Assembly (NCBI RefSeq): GCF_025526975.1
Contig: NW_026515682.1
Span: 558,001 to 622,000, forward strand
Direction: 5' to 3'
Source: Fimicolochytrium jonesii
Taxonomy: Eukaryota
Length of the DNA: 64,000 nt
Positions 1 through 11,130 of this stretch are shown here, one piece after another. Numbering within the stretch: position 1 is the stretch's first letter; each line of letters starts with the position of its first letter. The position numbers were made by a program, and so were the translations under genes. The notes beneath the pieces were generated by a model, which saw only the letters and a list, made by a program, of their open reading frames with translations, had not been told where the DNA came from and did no database searches.

Positions 1-119
1 CAGTTACCCCGCGGTTGCCCATACGTCTGCCGACCGCTGTGCAGACACCATTGCAATCACCCCCGCGATTTGAGTTCCCACCGTCTGTCCATCGCCACTT
101 GCCCGAAGCAATTGCAGAC

Positions 120-3100
120 ATGGTCAGCGAGAATTCCGGCGATGACGACGGGCAGCACCAGCAGCGAGGGCTTTCACCTGTGGAAAGGGGTCTGCAAGGT
201 CCGTTGAACCTCCCCGCTCCTATCCCTTTCCCTTTTCCCAGCACACCGGGTGGATCCCTGGTGCTTGAACCCCCGCCTCCACCACCAATTCAACGACCCC
301 GCCCGCAGACGCATGCCAGCACGAAGGTTTCCCTTCACCGAGTCCGTAATCACAATCAAGTGCAAAGGGAGCCCCTGACAACCTTCCTCGGCAATGTTCA
401 CGTCCTTGTGCGCCACACCACGTTCTTTCTCAAGTACTACCTTGGTGAGTTTTTGAGGTACACTGTATATTTCCCATAATATTTCCCATAACAATGTCCT
501 GACTGCTACATCTGCCCACCCCACCACAGCTGATCATCCTCTACACGATTTCCCGGACATCACCGACAAGCACATCAGTGTGATGTTTGAGCTGCTCAAC
601 AATCCAGGCTACAACGGCAATCCGGTCATCGCGCAAGAGTTGCGTCCACGGGTTCAAGAGTACTGTAATGTTCACGGATTTGCCCCCATCCGCATGCGAA
701 ATAGCCAACAGACCGCAGCGTACACCGCTCAGAGCATCTTCACCAACCTCAAAGTCAACGTATAGGAGCATTTTATGCAAATGTTTCTGCGCTATGTCAA
801 TGAACGGCTTGGTTTGAAGCAAGTTGTACTGCATCTCCGGAGAGCGCAGCGGCAACACTATTATCGTTGTGTCCGCCAATTCACAAAGTACGCGACATTT
901 GAAGAGTACCCAACGGAAGAGGAGCTTGCCGGCCTCACACGACTTGAGCGGACTCTCCTCGACGAGTTATGGGCTCTGTTTCCTCCCCAGGATGAGCCGC
1001 TTGCGTACAGCCTTGCGGTGGACGCAATGCCATATTTAGGTGAGTCAGCATATTTCCGCCCCCCCCCCCCCCCCCTCGGCTTCCTCTTTTGTCTAATCAT
1101 GGTTCACACCTGCCTCTCCACAGGTGCCTATTGTGAGCTCTCACGCCTCTATGAGCGCCGTGGAATGCAGCTGTTTTCCGCTATCCCGCTGCGCAAATCT
1201 CGAATCCAGTCATCTGTTCGGATCGACACGCTGATCCTAGGCACTCATATCCTGGATATCGGCCAACGTCGCATGGGGAAACTCACTGATGAACGCAAGC
1301 AGGAGCTGTGGGGGCAGTTCCTCAATGTGAATGTAAGTTAAGTCTGTCCCCTTCTGTGCTTGATTCAATCAGATTGCGTCGCTGAATGACGGATTGTAGG
1401 ACAAGGTCTTCAAACATCGAAAGAAGCTTGGTCTCAAGTTCGATGGGTCAATTAGCACCGACGGGTATTCCGCTACCATCCACTTCAAGAAGCCAGGGCT
1501 CAAGTACGGCCATCGCGCCCGGAAGCGCAGCAAAGCCCAAATGCAGGAAGAAGTCAAACAGCTGTATTTTGAGCACCACATTGACGACTTAAGGGAGGCT
1601 TCAAACATCGTCTGCATTGATCCGGGCAAGCGTGACCTCCTATTCTGTTGAGACAACAAGAAGGAGCGGCCATTTCGGTAAGTTTCAGTTGATTACTACT
1701 GCCCTGCTGTCCCCACCATCCCCCCCCCCCCCCCCAACCCTCGATTTTGCGGAAGATGGTGCGGAGGTGTTTGTGGACGTTGACTTGGAAGGGGTGGTTC
1801 CCCTGTTTGCGGACACGGGCAACGAAGTCGGTCCAGACGGCGTTGGCGGCTTCCGCAGCAGCCATGTTGGCAACGAGGGCCTCGGTGGCGCTGATCATGT
1901 TGTAGCAATTGCCACCGTTGCGGATCTGGGCAAGGAGTTTGTTGATGGAGTTGGACGATGACAGAGCCATCTACAGGGATGCCGCCCGCCGATGACGGAG
2001 GGTTGAAGGTCTTGGCAAGGCTGTTCGCAAGGGTGGCGATGGCTTCATTGTAGACAGCGGTGTCGCCGGCCATGTTGAATGGGAGTTCGGCAAAGCTGAC
2101 TGAGAAGCGTTTGCGGATGAGGGAGCGGACGCTGTTGGTTTGCTCGTTGCGCGTCATATCCACCTCTTCCCTGCTCGTCGCGTGGCCCATGTTGATGACC
2201 TGCATGATGGTGTCAAGGCCAGCCCTGTCCTCGTCCCCGTCCCCATCTTCCCCCCCCCCCCCCCCCCCCCTCACCGTCCCCACCATCTGTTGCCGCGTCC
2301 TCACAATGCACCACCCCATATCAGATACACATCCAATCAACGGGCGTTCGAGACAAAGTCTCGGTACTTTCAAAGAGACATGACAGAGCGAAAGATCAAT
2401 GCCGGCGTTGCTGAGATGGAATCACATATTCCGTCGCACAAGAGCATGAACATCGAGGCGCTCTCAGCGTTCATTGTGGATTACGAACATGCGGGTATGA
2501 TGTTCTACTTCAACTTTGATTTTCAAATTTGGTAATACAGGGGCTGACATCCATATCCCAGATCCAGCCCTGGATGAGTTTTACCAGGATGAGATTCACG
2601 TAGCTCGCAGATTCAAGGCGTTCTCACTGCGGCAAAAGTCTGAGAGCAAGCTCATCAAGAACATGCGACGCCTGTATGGAAAGCATTTTGAGGTCATCTT
2701 GGGTGATTGGAGCGACGCTGGAAAAACCATGCGCTTTCAGGAGTCATCAAAGACCAAGGGGTGAGTGACTATCATTGGTAGTAGCTACGATGTATTATAA
2801 TATGCTAACTCATCATGGAAATCAGATTCCGCACACTCTTTGCGAGAAACAGCATTCCATGCTACTTGCCGGATGAGCATCGAATGTCCTCCGTGTGCCC
2901 AGACTGCCACGGCCGTGTGAAGAAAAACATCCGACAGCGGCTGTCATCTCGGCCATGGCAAGCTAGAAAGGGAAGAATGGAATATATCCATGGATTGGTG
3001 GGTTGCCCCAACCCCGAATGTATCAACCAAGACTGGACACCATTTGAGATTCCTGGAAGACGACCACTACGGATGAAAGTGCACAATCGGGACATCCTAA

Positions 3101-3183
3101 GCACCAAGAATTTCCTCTTGATTGTGCGTTTGGTGGTGTTTGGCAATGGCCGCAGACCAGACGCATTCTCCCGTAACCGGTAG
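120..3183 (+). pseudogene. Fz1: Fanzor1 (TnpB/Cas12-like RuvC RNA-guided endonuclease), 7 exons, ~682 aa, with two in-frame stops
   Basis: Exons 120-444, 530-1039, 1124-1332, 1400-1677, 2325-2494, 2562-2760 and 2826-3183 join in frame across GT-AG introns (85, 84, 67, 647, 67, 65 nt), most with a CTRAY-like branch point. Motifs: TNLKVNV*EHFMQMFLRYVN (resembles SpuFz1, from memory), FDGSISTDGYS, RuvC-I VCIDPGKRDLL, FRYTSNQR, VILGDWS, RuvC-II DEHRMSS, Zn ribbon CPDC...CPNPEC, RuvC-III NRDILSTKN. Stops: TAG 763-765 and TGA 1649-1651. Confidence 0.93.
1721..2287 (-). other. ~567-bp insertion in Fanzor intron 4 carrying a frameshifted antisense coding-like fragment
   Basis: A 12-bp direct repeat GTCCCCACCATC lies at 1709-1720 and 2276-2287, with poly-C tracts at both ends. 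Removing the insert shrinks the intron from 647 to 80 nt, like the other introns. Minus-strand ORFs 1696-2373 and 1554-1970 span it. Confidence 0.6.
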
Positions 3184-3300
3184 TCTCGAATTTTCACCCC
3201 ATTCCATTTTCCGTGGTGGTTATCTGCCATCCACATCATTGTACCTCTGCTGGAGGCGTCGCCGATGATGGCAACTTGTAAAGTTTCTGTAGATATCTGT
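3184..3300 (+). ncRNA. Putative Fanzor omegaRNA (scaffold to ~3281, guide from downstream flank)
   Basis: ~98 nt after the stop codon are conserved between the two copies and end abruptly at ...GGCAACTTGTAA (3281). Stems: GTGGTGG/CCATCCAC, and CATCATTG/CGATGATG enclosing CCTC/GAGG. Confidence 0.7.
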
Positions 3301-3475
3301 AAGGAAAATTGTTTCCTCCACCCCGCTTTGACCGTTTTCCACAAGTCGGAAAAGAAACACTTTGCGTCACAGTTCTGTTGAAGGCATCACGTTCATGTGA
3401 AATGTACAGTATACACAAAAATTTCCAGCCCCGACAACAAACGAACCCTTCCACACACACCAACCCAGTCCCCCC

Positions 3476-6034
3476 CTACCGCCGATAATAATGCCTCTTA
3501 AAATGGAACCAAAGCTGCAACACGCCCCGATCAAAACTGCTCCTAAACCCCTTCTTATGGCTATACTCCCACTCCCGATTCACAATCTTGAACGCGATAT
3601 CCTCGTACGGCGGCCCGGCTTTGAACCGCAGGATGATGGTGTCGTCTTGCGCTTTGCTGTTGGTTGGGTCGGTTGGGTCTACCGCCGTGGAGGTTGAGGT
3701 GGGGTCTTTTTCGCGGACGTAGGTTGGGGCGATGGATTTGTCGATTAGGTCCGGGTAGAAGATGTTGAATTTGTAGCCTTGGACGACCTGTTTAGTGGAT
3801 CTTGTTAGTGGGGTGTGGTCGGGTGGGGGGTGGGTGGGTTCTCTAAGGATGAATAGGGAGAGCCTTACCTTGGGAGGAGGGTTATCGCCATCATAATGCG
3901 TCTGGTTATACTTATTCCACTCGTATCCTGTATGCACACGGTTAAAGTAGCGCGGTTTACGTGGACGGTACTTATCCTGCCACAGGTACGTATCCTACAA
4001 AAGCCATAGAGTCAACACCAATGCCAGGCGGTAAGTCAGTCGATATTGTAGTTACCTGCGACGCGGAAATGACAACAGCCTCCTCGTTGAACGCGGCCTC
4101 GTCCATGCCCATGTTCTCGGCCGCGTCGCGGATGAAGGCCTTCTCGGCAACGTCTTCCATGGATTGGTTGGCGCCGACAAGGGCGAGGGCTTGGTGGGCG
4201 GGCGGGCCACCGAGGGCTTTTGTGACTTTTTCTCGGAGTGCAATCTAAAGGAAGGAAGGGGGAGTATCAGTTTCTGGAACATACGGATATTCGTGACGAC
4301 AGTATAGCCGCAACCCACCAACTGCCTCAAATCCTCCTCCTCATCCACAACCTCAAACCCGGCATCCGCCTTGGGTATCCTCCCACACACCACGGGCCCC
4401 ATACTCTCCTCATATTCTTCCACCTCCCCATCACTCTCCTCCTCCTCCTCCCTACCGCCCACGTCCACATCCATCTCATCCTCCTCCACATCCGCCCGCC
4501 CACTGCGCACATGCTGCACAAGGATCCGCGGTTGTTGTGAAGCGCCAGAGTCCTGATTGAGCGCGCGCTGCTCACGGAGTCGGTCGAGACGTTTGCTGAG
4601 GAGGAAGGAATGCATGTCGCGGAGTTTCGCTTTGGCTTTCCAGACTACTAGGGCTTTGATCGCTGCTTCCCAGTAGTCCACGTCAACAGGCGGTGCGGGT
4701 TCACTCATAGACGATGCGCCGGTGAGAGCAGCAGCAGCGGCCCCCGCGGCAGCCAACTTTTTCTCAATCTGCGTTTGGAGGATGCTGAGCTGGTCGTAGG
4801 TTTTGTTGGAGAACATCCGCTCGATGTCCTGCGTTACGGCTTTGCTGACGCCTGAAGAGCGCCCGCCGGAGGAGAGATCTTCGCGGTGTCGGCTGAGCTC
4901 GTCGTCGCAGACGACGATCATAGCCTCCCAGAAGCGTTTGTTGGTGTGGTCGGTTTCCAGGGAGAGGTACAGCTGAATATCCTTATGCAGCTCCTCGACT
5001 TCTGGGAGGGAGAGGTTACGGAAGATGAGGTAGGGCTCCTCAACGCCCATTTCCAACCCCAGGGCGTCAAACTCCTCCGCCAGTTTCGTGTCGCTCGCCA
5101 AACTGAGATTCATAGCGAGGATATCAATCGGCTTAGCCCGCCCCTCCTTGATCCTGATCTGCGCCCTTGTCTTCGCCTGACCCAAATGAAACTCATTCTC
5201 TTTCGCCTCCCAATCCCCCAACGCCAGTCGGTCCTGCTCCCGCTGCAGCCGCGCCTGCTCCTCCTCTCTCAACTGCATCTCGATCTCGCGCTCGTTACGT
5301 CTGCGTTTCAGTTTGGATAGCTCGTCCTCAACTTCTTCGCGGCGTGACATGTCCCGCCTGGCGCGCTCGGCAGCCGATAACCCGCTCTTACTCTCCTTCT
5401 CGCGTTTCTTCAGCCATAAAAACTTATTCGACAGGTTACTGTCCCCGAACGGGTTCTCGGTGTTGGAGTAACCCAACGAAGCAGACATCTGCGCAGCGAG
5501 CTGGGACTCCTTCTGAGCCTGGATCTCGTCCTTCAGCTGCTGTTTCTCGAGTTTGCGCTCGGCTTTGCGGATTTTCTTCTCGACGGAGGTTTCCCGTTGC
5601 TTTTTGGGCTTTTTTGAACTGCTTTTGGATTTGCTGCCGCTTCGGCTCCCACTGCGGTCGTCACGCTTTTCGGCTTTGCTAGTTCGCTTCCGCTTCCGAG
5701 ACCGGTCATGCTCGGAATCAGACGAAACTGAACCGCTGTCGCTGCCCCGTCCACGCTCATCACCCCCTCGTCGCCGCCTCCCACCCCCATCCTCACTAAC
5801 CACCGGACTACGATTCCTACTCCCCCTGTGATCCCGGCTATCATCCCGCCTCCTCCGCACACGATCATCCTCCACCGAGCGATCCCGCCCCCGTCGCCGG
5901 TCATCATCCCAATCCCGATCCCAATCCCGACTTTTGTCGTCCCTCCGGTCCCTGCGTAAGGTCTCTGAATCTCCCCGCCGCGGTAAGCTCGTGGACCTGC
6001 TTCGGTCGCGGTGGGATTTGTAGCGGTCGCCCAT
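3476..6034 (-). CDS. CACTIN: Cactin (spliceosome-associated factor), 4 exons, ~780 aa
   Basis: Exons 6034-4319, 4244-4056, 3994-3869 and 3787-3476 with GT-AG introns. RS/RD-rich N-terminus. Cactin_mid motifs YSNTENPFGD and RIKEGRAKPIDIL. C-terminal KYRPRKPRYFNRVHTGYEWNKYNQTHYD...GYKFNIFYPDLIDK...AGPPYEDIAF...FHFKRHYYRR. Confidence 0.96.
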
Positions 6035-6178
6035 TGGGTGTGATAGGGTGTAAGCGGAAACTGGGGGCGAAAGTTACTCGACCGGCGAAATGTAAGGTCC
6101 GTGAGGGAGTCGGTTCAGGCACGAAAACTAGCCGCTGGAAGCGAAATACATGGTCTTTTGCAGGTTGCGATCGTCGAT

Positions 6179-6218
6179 GAGTTGGGCAAGTTTGCGAGTT
6201 GGGCAAGTTTGCGAGTTG
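6179..6218. repeat. 17-bp tandem duplication upstream of cactin
   Basis: GAGTTGGGCAAGTTTGC x2 followed by GAGTTG. Confidence 0.8.
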
Positions 6219-6437
6219 ATAGTTAGGGCTTTCCTCAGCGAATTAAAGTTTTATAAGGTGCCATGTGACATATGTTCGTTTATTTACTGGACTTCTTCCC
6301 ATCTGGCAGTGGGAACTTCTAACAGAGAGAGCTGGGACCTCCCATTCCCCTCCAATTTGCAAAAGTCCGACGGTCACGTCGCAAATTTTTCTATACAAAA
6401 AGCGAGGGTCCATCTATATAAACAAAAGTCTGTCTCA

Positions 6438-7889
6438 TCAATTCGGCGTCCCACCCGCCTGCAACCGATAGATAACCAACACAACCCCCCTACTCTCCAC
6501 CCTCGGCCCCAGCTCTACCTTAACTACCTTATCATCATCACATCTATACCACTGCGGCAGTCCCCTCAACCTCGTATACGTCAGAAAATGTCCCTCGGTC
6601 TGCGTGACGAAGCCGTGCAGTCTATAAAACGTCTTTTGGTCGGATTGGCGGTTGGAGAGGTAGAACCCGAGATCGACTTCGGTAGGGAGTTCTACGGGGG
6701 TGTTGTGGTAGGTTTGGGGGGTGGTGGGGTCGAGTGGGCGTTGAAAGTAGATGGTGAAGAAGTGGGGAAGGACGGTGATGCGGGTTTGGGTTTTGCGAGG
6801 GGGTGGGCGGGGTGTTGGAGGTGTGAGGGGGCGGCCGGTGGGTGGGTGGAAGGAAGAATGGGAGGAGGGCGACGAGGTGGAGGAGGATGAGGTCGGTGGG
6901 GTGGGGAGTTGAGATTTCATGAGTGAGCGGTTGTTGAAGGCGCCCCCAAAGAAGAACGTCGCGACCGCGTGGCCCAGGTGGTCGTTTAGCAACGAGAGCA
7001 GGGTCACGCAGTCGTTGCGGGAATACTGGGCGAGCGATATCTTGAGGAACTTTGCAGTTTCGTGGTTCGATTTCGCTCGCTTGCTTCCATTCTGTGTTGT
7101 CCCGTTCTCCTTAGCTCCCTCCGTGGTCCCGTTCTCCACACCTTCCTCGTGGGTAGAATCACCATCGGTATCCACATGCGCATTCCGATCGCCCACCCTT
7201 CCCGCCCTTTCCGGGACACAATCCGGATGTGGCCCGTGCACCAACCCAATCTGAAACCGCTGCCCGAATCTCGTCAACAGCAACACATCATCAAACAACG
7301 TGCTCAAAATCGAGTCCACGCTCTCATGAGGCAGCGTATGTCTCGCATCAGGGCTATCATCATGCGGAACCCGAGATGCGCTCCTCCACCATTCCAACTC
7401 CAGCGAATCGGCCGATGCCACGCGTGGCGAGGGCACGTCGTCGGAAACGGGGTTCCCGTGTAATTGGAGCACAGTGCACACAAAATCGGATACTGCGGCG
7501 TAGGGCGATGCGACGGGTAGCTCTTCGTTCAGATCAGGTAGGGTAGTGAAGGCTTGTAGGAGGGCGTTTAGAGCTGACCGGGGTTTGGAGTTGTGCGGGT
7601 TCGGGAGGCCCTGCAGGAAGCTTTGCGAAATAAAGCGGCAGTGAGAAGATGCGCTGAATGAGTGAATTCTGACGACTTGACTCACTCATTCGGAGGATAG
7701 CTAATACACGGCTCATTCAGTTTCTCTTCCTGAGGTGGATATACAATTACTGTAGGGAGGGGACGACGCCAGGAGCGTGAGAAAGGGGTTCCGTCTATTG
7801 CATTTTCCCACGACCCCGACGCGCAAAAAAAAAGGCTGGCACGTAACAAACCACATACCTTGTGGGTTCATCACCTTGAGATTCACCAT
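6438..7889 (-). CDS. Ubiquitin-specific protease (peptidase C19)-like protein, probably catalytically inactive
   Basis: Long ORF 6438-7685. His box YRLHGFVTQTEGHFLTY...WYRCDDDKV and a degenerate Cys box GLPNPHNSKPRSALNALLQAF. Tentative exons 7889-7859, 7749-7686, 7620-6438; the 5' structure is uncertain. Confidence 0.65.
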
Positions 7890-8214
7890 GGTGATAGTGC
7901 GATAGGAGAGGATATCAGCCAACTGCTTCAGAAACTGGGTGGGATGTTGGAAGAGGTCAGGGCGCGATTGAACAGGATGTGGGTGGCTTGCAAGCGGGTT
8001 GCTCCTGAAGACGGGCGATCGTTCTGTACGTGGGCGAGGGCCCGGTGGTCGGCGGCTGAGGGTAGCTCGGTATCTTTCCTCGTCGCTGATTGCTACCCCT
8101 GGTTGTTGTCTGTGGGAACAGGGACGGATGGTGGAGTGTTGTTGAGGCGAAGCTTGCCCTAAGTCGAGAAGGCTTCAAGACCAAGGCTATGGGCAACAAA
8201 AGGGACGTGACGGC

Positions 8215-8332
8215 TTGGTTGTGGCCATTAGATGTTACAAGTTGCCATCATCGGCGACGCCTCAGGCAGAGGTACAATGATGTGGATGGCCGATAACCAC
8301 CACGGAAAATGGAATGGGGTGAAAATTCTAGA
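8215..8332 (-). ncRNA. Second putative Fanzor omegaRNA (same scaffold, different guide)
   Basis: The reverse complement of 8235-8332 matches 3184-3281 with a few substitutions. The flank beyond 8235 (CATCTAATGGCCACAACC...) is unrelated to the copy-1 flank. Confidence 0.7.
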
Positions 8333-9227
8333 CTACCGGTTACGGGAGAATGCGTCTGGTCTGCGGCCATTGCCAAACACCACCGAACGCACAATCAAGA
8401 GGAAATTCTTGGTGCTTAGGATGTCCCGATTGTGCACTTTCATCCGTAGTGGTCGTCTTCCAGGAATCTCAAATGGTGTCCAGTCTTGGTTGATACATTC
8501 GGGGTTGGGGCAACCCACCAATCCATGGATATATTCCATTCTTCCCTTTCTAGCTTGCCATGGCCGAGATGACAGCCGCTGTCGGATGTTTTTCTTCACA
8601 CGGCCGTGGCAGTCTGGGCACACGGAGGACATTCGATGCTCATCTAGCAAGTAGCATGGAATGCTGTTTCTTGCAAAGAGTGTGCGGAATCTGATTTCCA
8701 TGATGAGTTAGCATATTATAATACATCGTAAGTACTACCAATGATAGTCACTCACCCCTTGGTCTTTGATGACTCCTGAAAGCGCATGGTTTTTCCAGCG
8801 TCGCTCCAATCACCCAAGATGACCTCAAAATGCTTTCCATACAGGCGTCGCATGTTCTTGATGAGCTTGCTCTCAGACTTTTGCCGCAGTGAGAACGCCT
8901 TGAATCTGCGAGCTACGTGAATCTCATCCTGGTAAAACTCATCCAGGGCTGGATCTGGGATATGGATGTCAGCCCCTGTATTACCAAATTTGAAAATCAA
9001 AGTTGAAGTAGAACATCATACCCGCATGTTCGTAATCCACAATGAACGCTGAGAGCGCCGCGATGTTCATGCTCTTGTGCGACGGAATATGTGATTCCAT
9101 CTCAGCAACGCCGGCATTGATCTTTCGCTCTGTCATGTCTCTTTGAAAGTACCGAGACTTTGTCTCGAACGCCCGTTGATTGGATGTGTATCTGATATGG
9201 GGTGGTGCATTGTGAGGACGCTGCAAC
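8235..9227 (-). pseudogene. Fz1: 5'-truncated inverted Fanzor1 copy (exons 5-7 plus 3' end)
   Basis: Near-identical inverted duplicate of 2288-3281. ORFs 8333-8701, 8752-9000 and 8981-9226 mirror copy 1. Lacks the N-terminus and RuvC-I. Confidence 0.92.
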
Positions 9228-9902
9228 GGAAAGTCTCGCCGCTTTTATCGCAGACGCTGCAACTACTCCGCCAAGCAAGCCAGGAAGGATGGCTACCCAA
9301 TGTGGAAGGATCGCGGCGAAAGCAAGTAGAAGGTATCGGTGGCGACAAGTAGCCATACATGGAAAGGCGAGTCACACATCCCACATTATAAAGCAAGCAA
9401 AACACTGAACTCAACCGCATCGCCGACAAGACCTCATCCCTGATATTCTCCCCCCTTACAAGCTGTCGGCGGAGATGCGGTCGGTGGCCAGAGGGGTATG
9501 GCAGGTTACGTAGCGGGTGGTAGTAGCGGGGACGATGTCGACGGAATCATTGGAACTTTCCTTGCCAGAGCTGGTGGGGGGAAGAGGACGACCAGGAGAA
9601 AGACGCTGGAGCGGGACGTCGTCCATTGAAGGGATGGGACATGGCAATATGAAGGTACTCGGCGAGTGAGGCTTTGGAGACGGAAGTGATGGACAGGGGA
9701 GAGTGGGGCGAGCAACCATGCCGTCCGTTCATATCATACAGTATCATCCCGCGAGCCCTCCTGCCCGCAACGGTTCGATGACATGGACGCAATGAACTTA
9801 ACTAGCCGAGCTCAACTGCCCCCCCACCAATCGCCTCCCAGCCCTCGGTACATTGCGTACATATACCGGCTTGCCTCGTCTGCAAGAAGGTGAGAGTACG
9901 TA

Positions 9903-11130
9903 CAGTATGTGACTATATGTCTGCGACCACCCGTGACTTCCAGGTCGGGAAAAGCACCATGGATACATTGCAATTCAGGAGCGGGTCAGCATTACCGCAG
10001 TCAAGTGAACCGTGAAAGTCTTTCAAAACGACGACCCCAGCGATCCCAACTCCTACCAGTCCAAGAAAAAACCAGGAAGACCTGCTAAGTGGCAACCTTC
10101 ACCGCCTGAAATTGAGCAACTTCAGCAGCTTGTCATGGCTGACAACGAGACCAGGAGGAAATCACTCGCAGTTCTTACAATTGAATTCACAGCTCTCTTC
10201 CGTATCAATGTTTACAAAAAGACGGTGCGACAGTATCTCCGAAAACACTTGGACCTCCATTCGCGGTACAAAATTCGGAAACCAATGTTAACTGATTGGC
10301 ATCGGGCTGCGAGACTTGCGTTTGCATTGGAGCATCAGAATTGGACGTACGCTGACTGGTCACGGGTGGTTTGGACTGACGAAACATCGTTTGAAATTGG
10401 GTGGGTCCCTAAAATGCGATGCTGGCGCCTTCGGACTGAAGCTCTCCATCCCGATTGCGTACAGGTCACACAGAGGAGCAGCCGTAAAACATTCATGTAT
10501 TGGGGAGCCTTCATAGGGAATGCCATTGGCCCAATGAACGAGGTGGAGCGAGTTCAGCGTCCTGGCGAAAACCGTAGAGGTATCAACTCAACTGCTTATG
10601 TTGCACACTTGACAACTCACATGTTGCCCTTGTGGCATAATCTTGAGATTTTTATCCCCAATCTGATTTTCATGCAGGACAACGCACCTATCCACACCAG
10701 CGCTGAAACCTGACAATTCTTCAACAAACACGGCATTGAGGTTATGCCCTGGCCTGCTCAAAGTCCCGACCTCAACCCAATTGAGAACCTCTGGGTGATG
10801 ATGAAGCGGGAGGTCTCGGCAGCCAATGCAACGGCAACGACAGTAGATGAGGTAGTGAAGAACCTTTGGCCAACGATGGGTAGGTATCTGGACAATTTAG
10901 TTAGATCCATGCCAAGGAGAATGGCTGCGGTGATAGCTGCCAACGGGGGAAGCACAAAGTATTAGGAGACTGATGCCGTGCCGTGGTTTAGGATGATTGT
11001 GGTATCCACAACTCACTTTGACTGGGCAGAAATCAACATTGCGGCGACCATCGAAGCCGTCAACTTAATGGCAGCGCGCAATGGACACTGACTTAATCAC
11101 GTGAGGTCGCAGACATATAGTCACATACTG
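9903..11130 (+). mobile_element. Tc1/mariner DNA transposon (DD34E), defective
   Basis: Perfect 26-bp TIRs CAGTATGTGACTATATGTCTGCGACC at 9903-9928 and 11105-11130; TA TSD at 9901-9902 and 11131-11132. Confidence 0.95.
9958..10965 (+). pseudogene. Tc1-like DD34E transposase with in-frame stops
   Basis: VWTDET...FMQDNAPIH...WPAQSPDLNPIENLW with 34 residues between D and E. TGA at 10006-10008 and 10711-10713. The N-terminus appears truncated. Confidence 0.92.

Noticed and set aside
1..30. CAGTTACC at the window start as the Fanzor left TIR
   Set aside because: Only a weak resemblance to the reverse complement of the right end (CAAGTTGCC); the left end and TAM probably lie outside the window.
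2862..3344. 160-aa antisense ORF over the Fanzor 3' exon (mirrored at 8232-8654)
   Set aside because: Shadow frame of the duplicated sequence; the N-termini come from unrelated flanks.
7748..7754. TACTGTA as a Tc1 footprint (also at 661-667)
   Set aside because: 7748 coincides with a predicted splice acceptor, and 661 lies in frame within Fanzor coding sequence.
9415..9480. Imperfect GC hairpin (CCGCATCGCCGACA / TGTCGGCGGAGATGCGG)
   Set aside because: No Helitron CTRR end or second copy seen; plausible by chance in GC-rich DNA.
9903..11130. Tc1 transposase as the Fanzor's mobilising partner
   Set aside because: It is a self-contained element with its own TIRs and TSD, and the TIR does not match the Fanzor end beyond the terminal bases.
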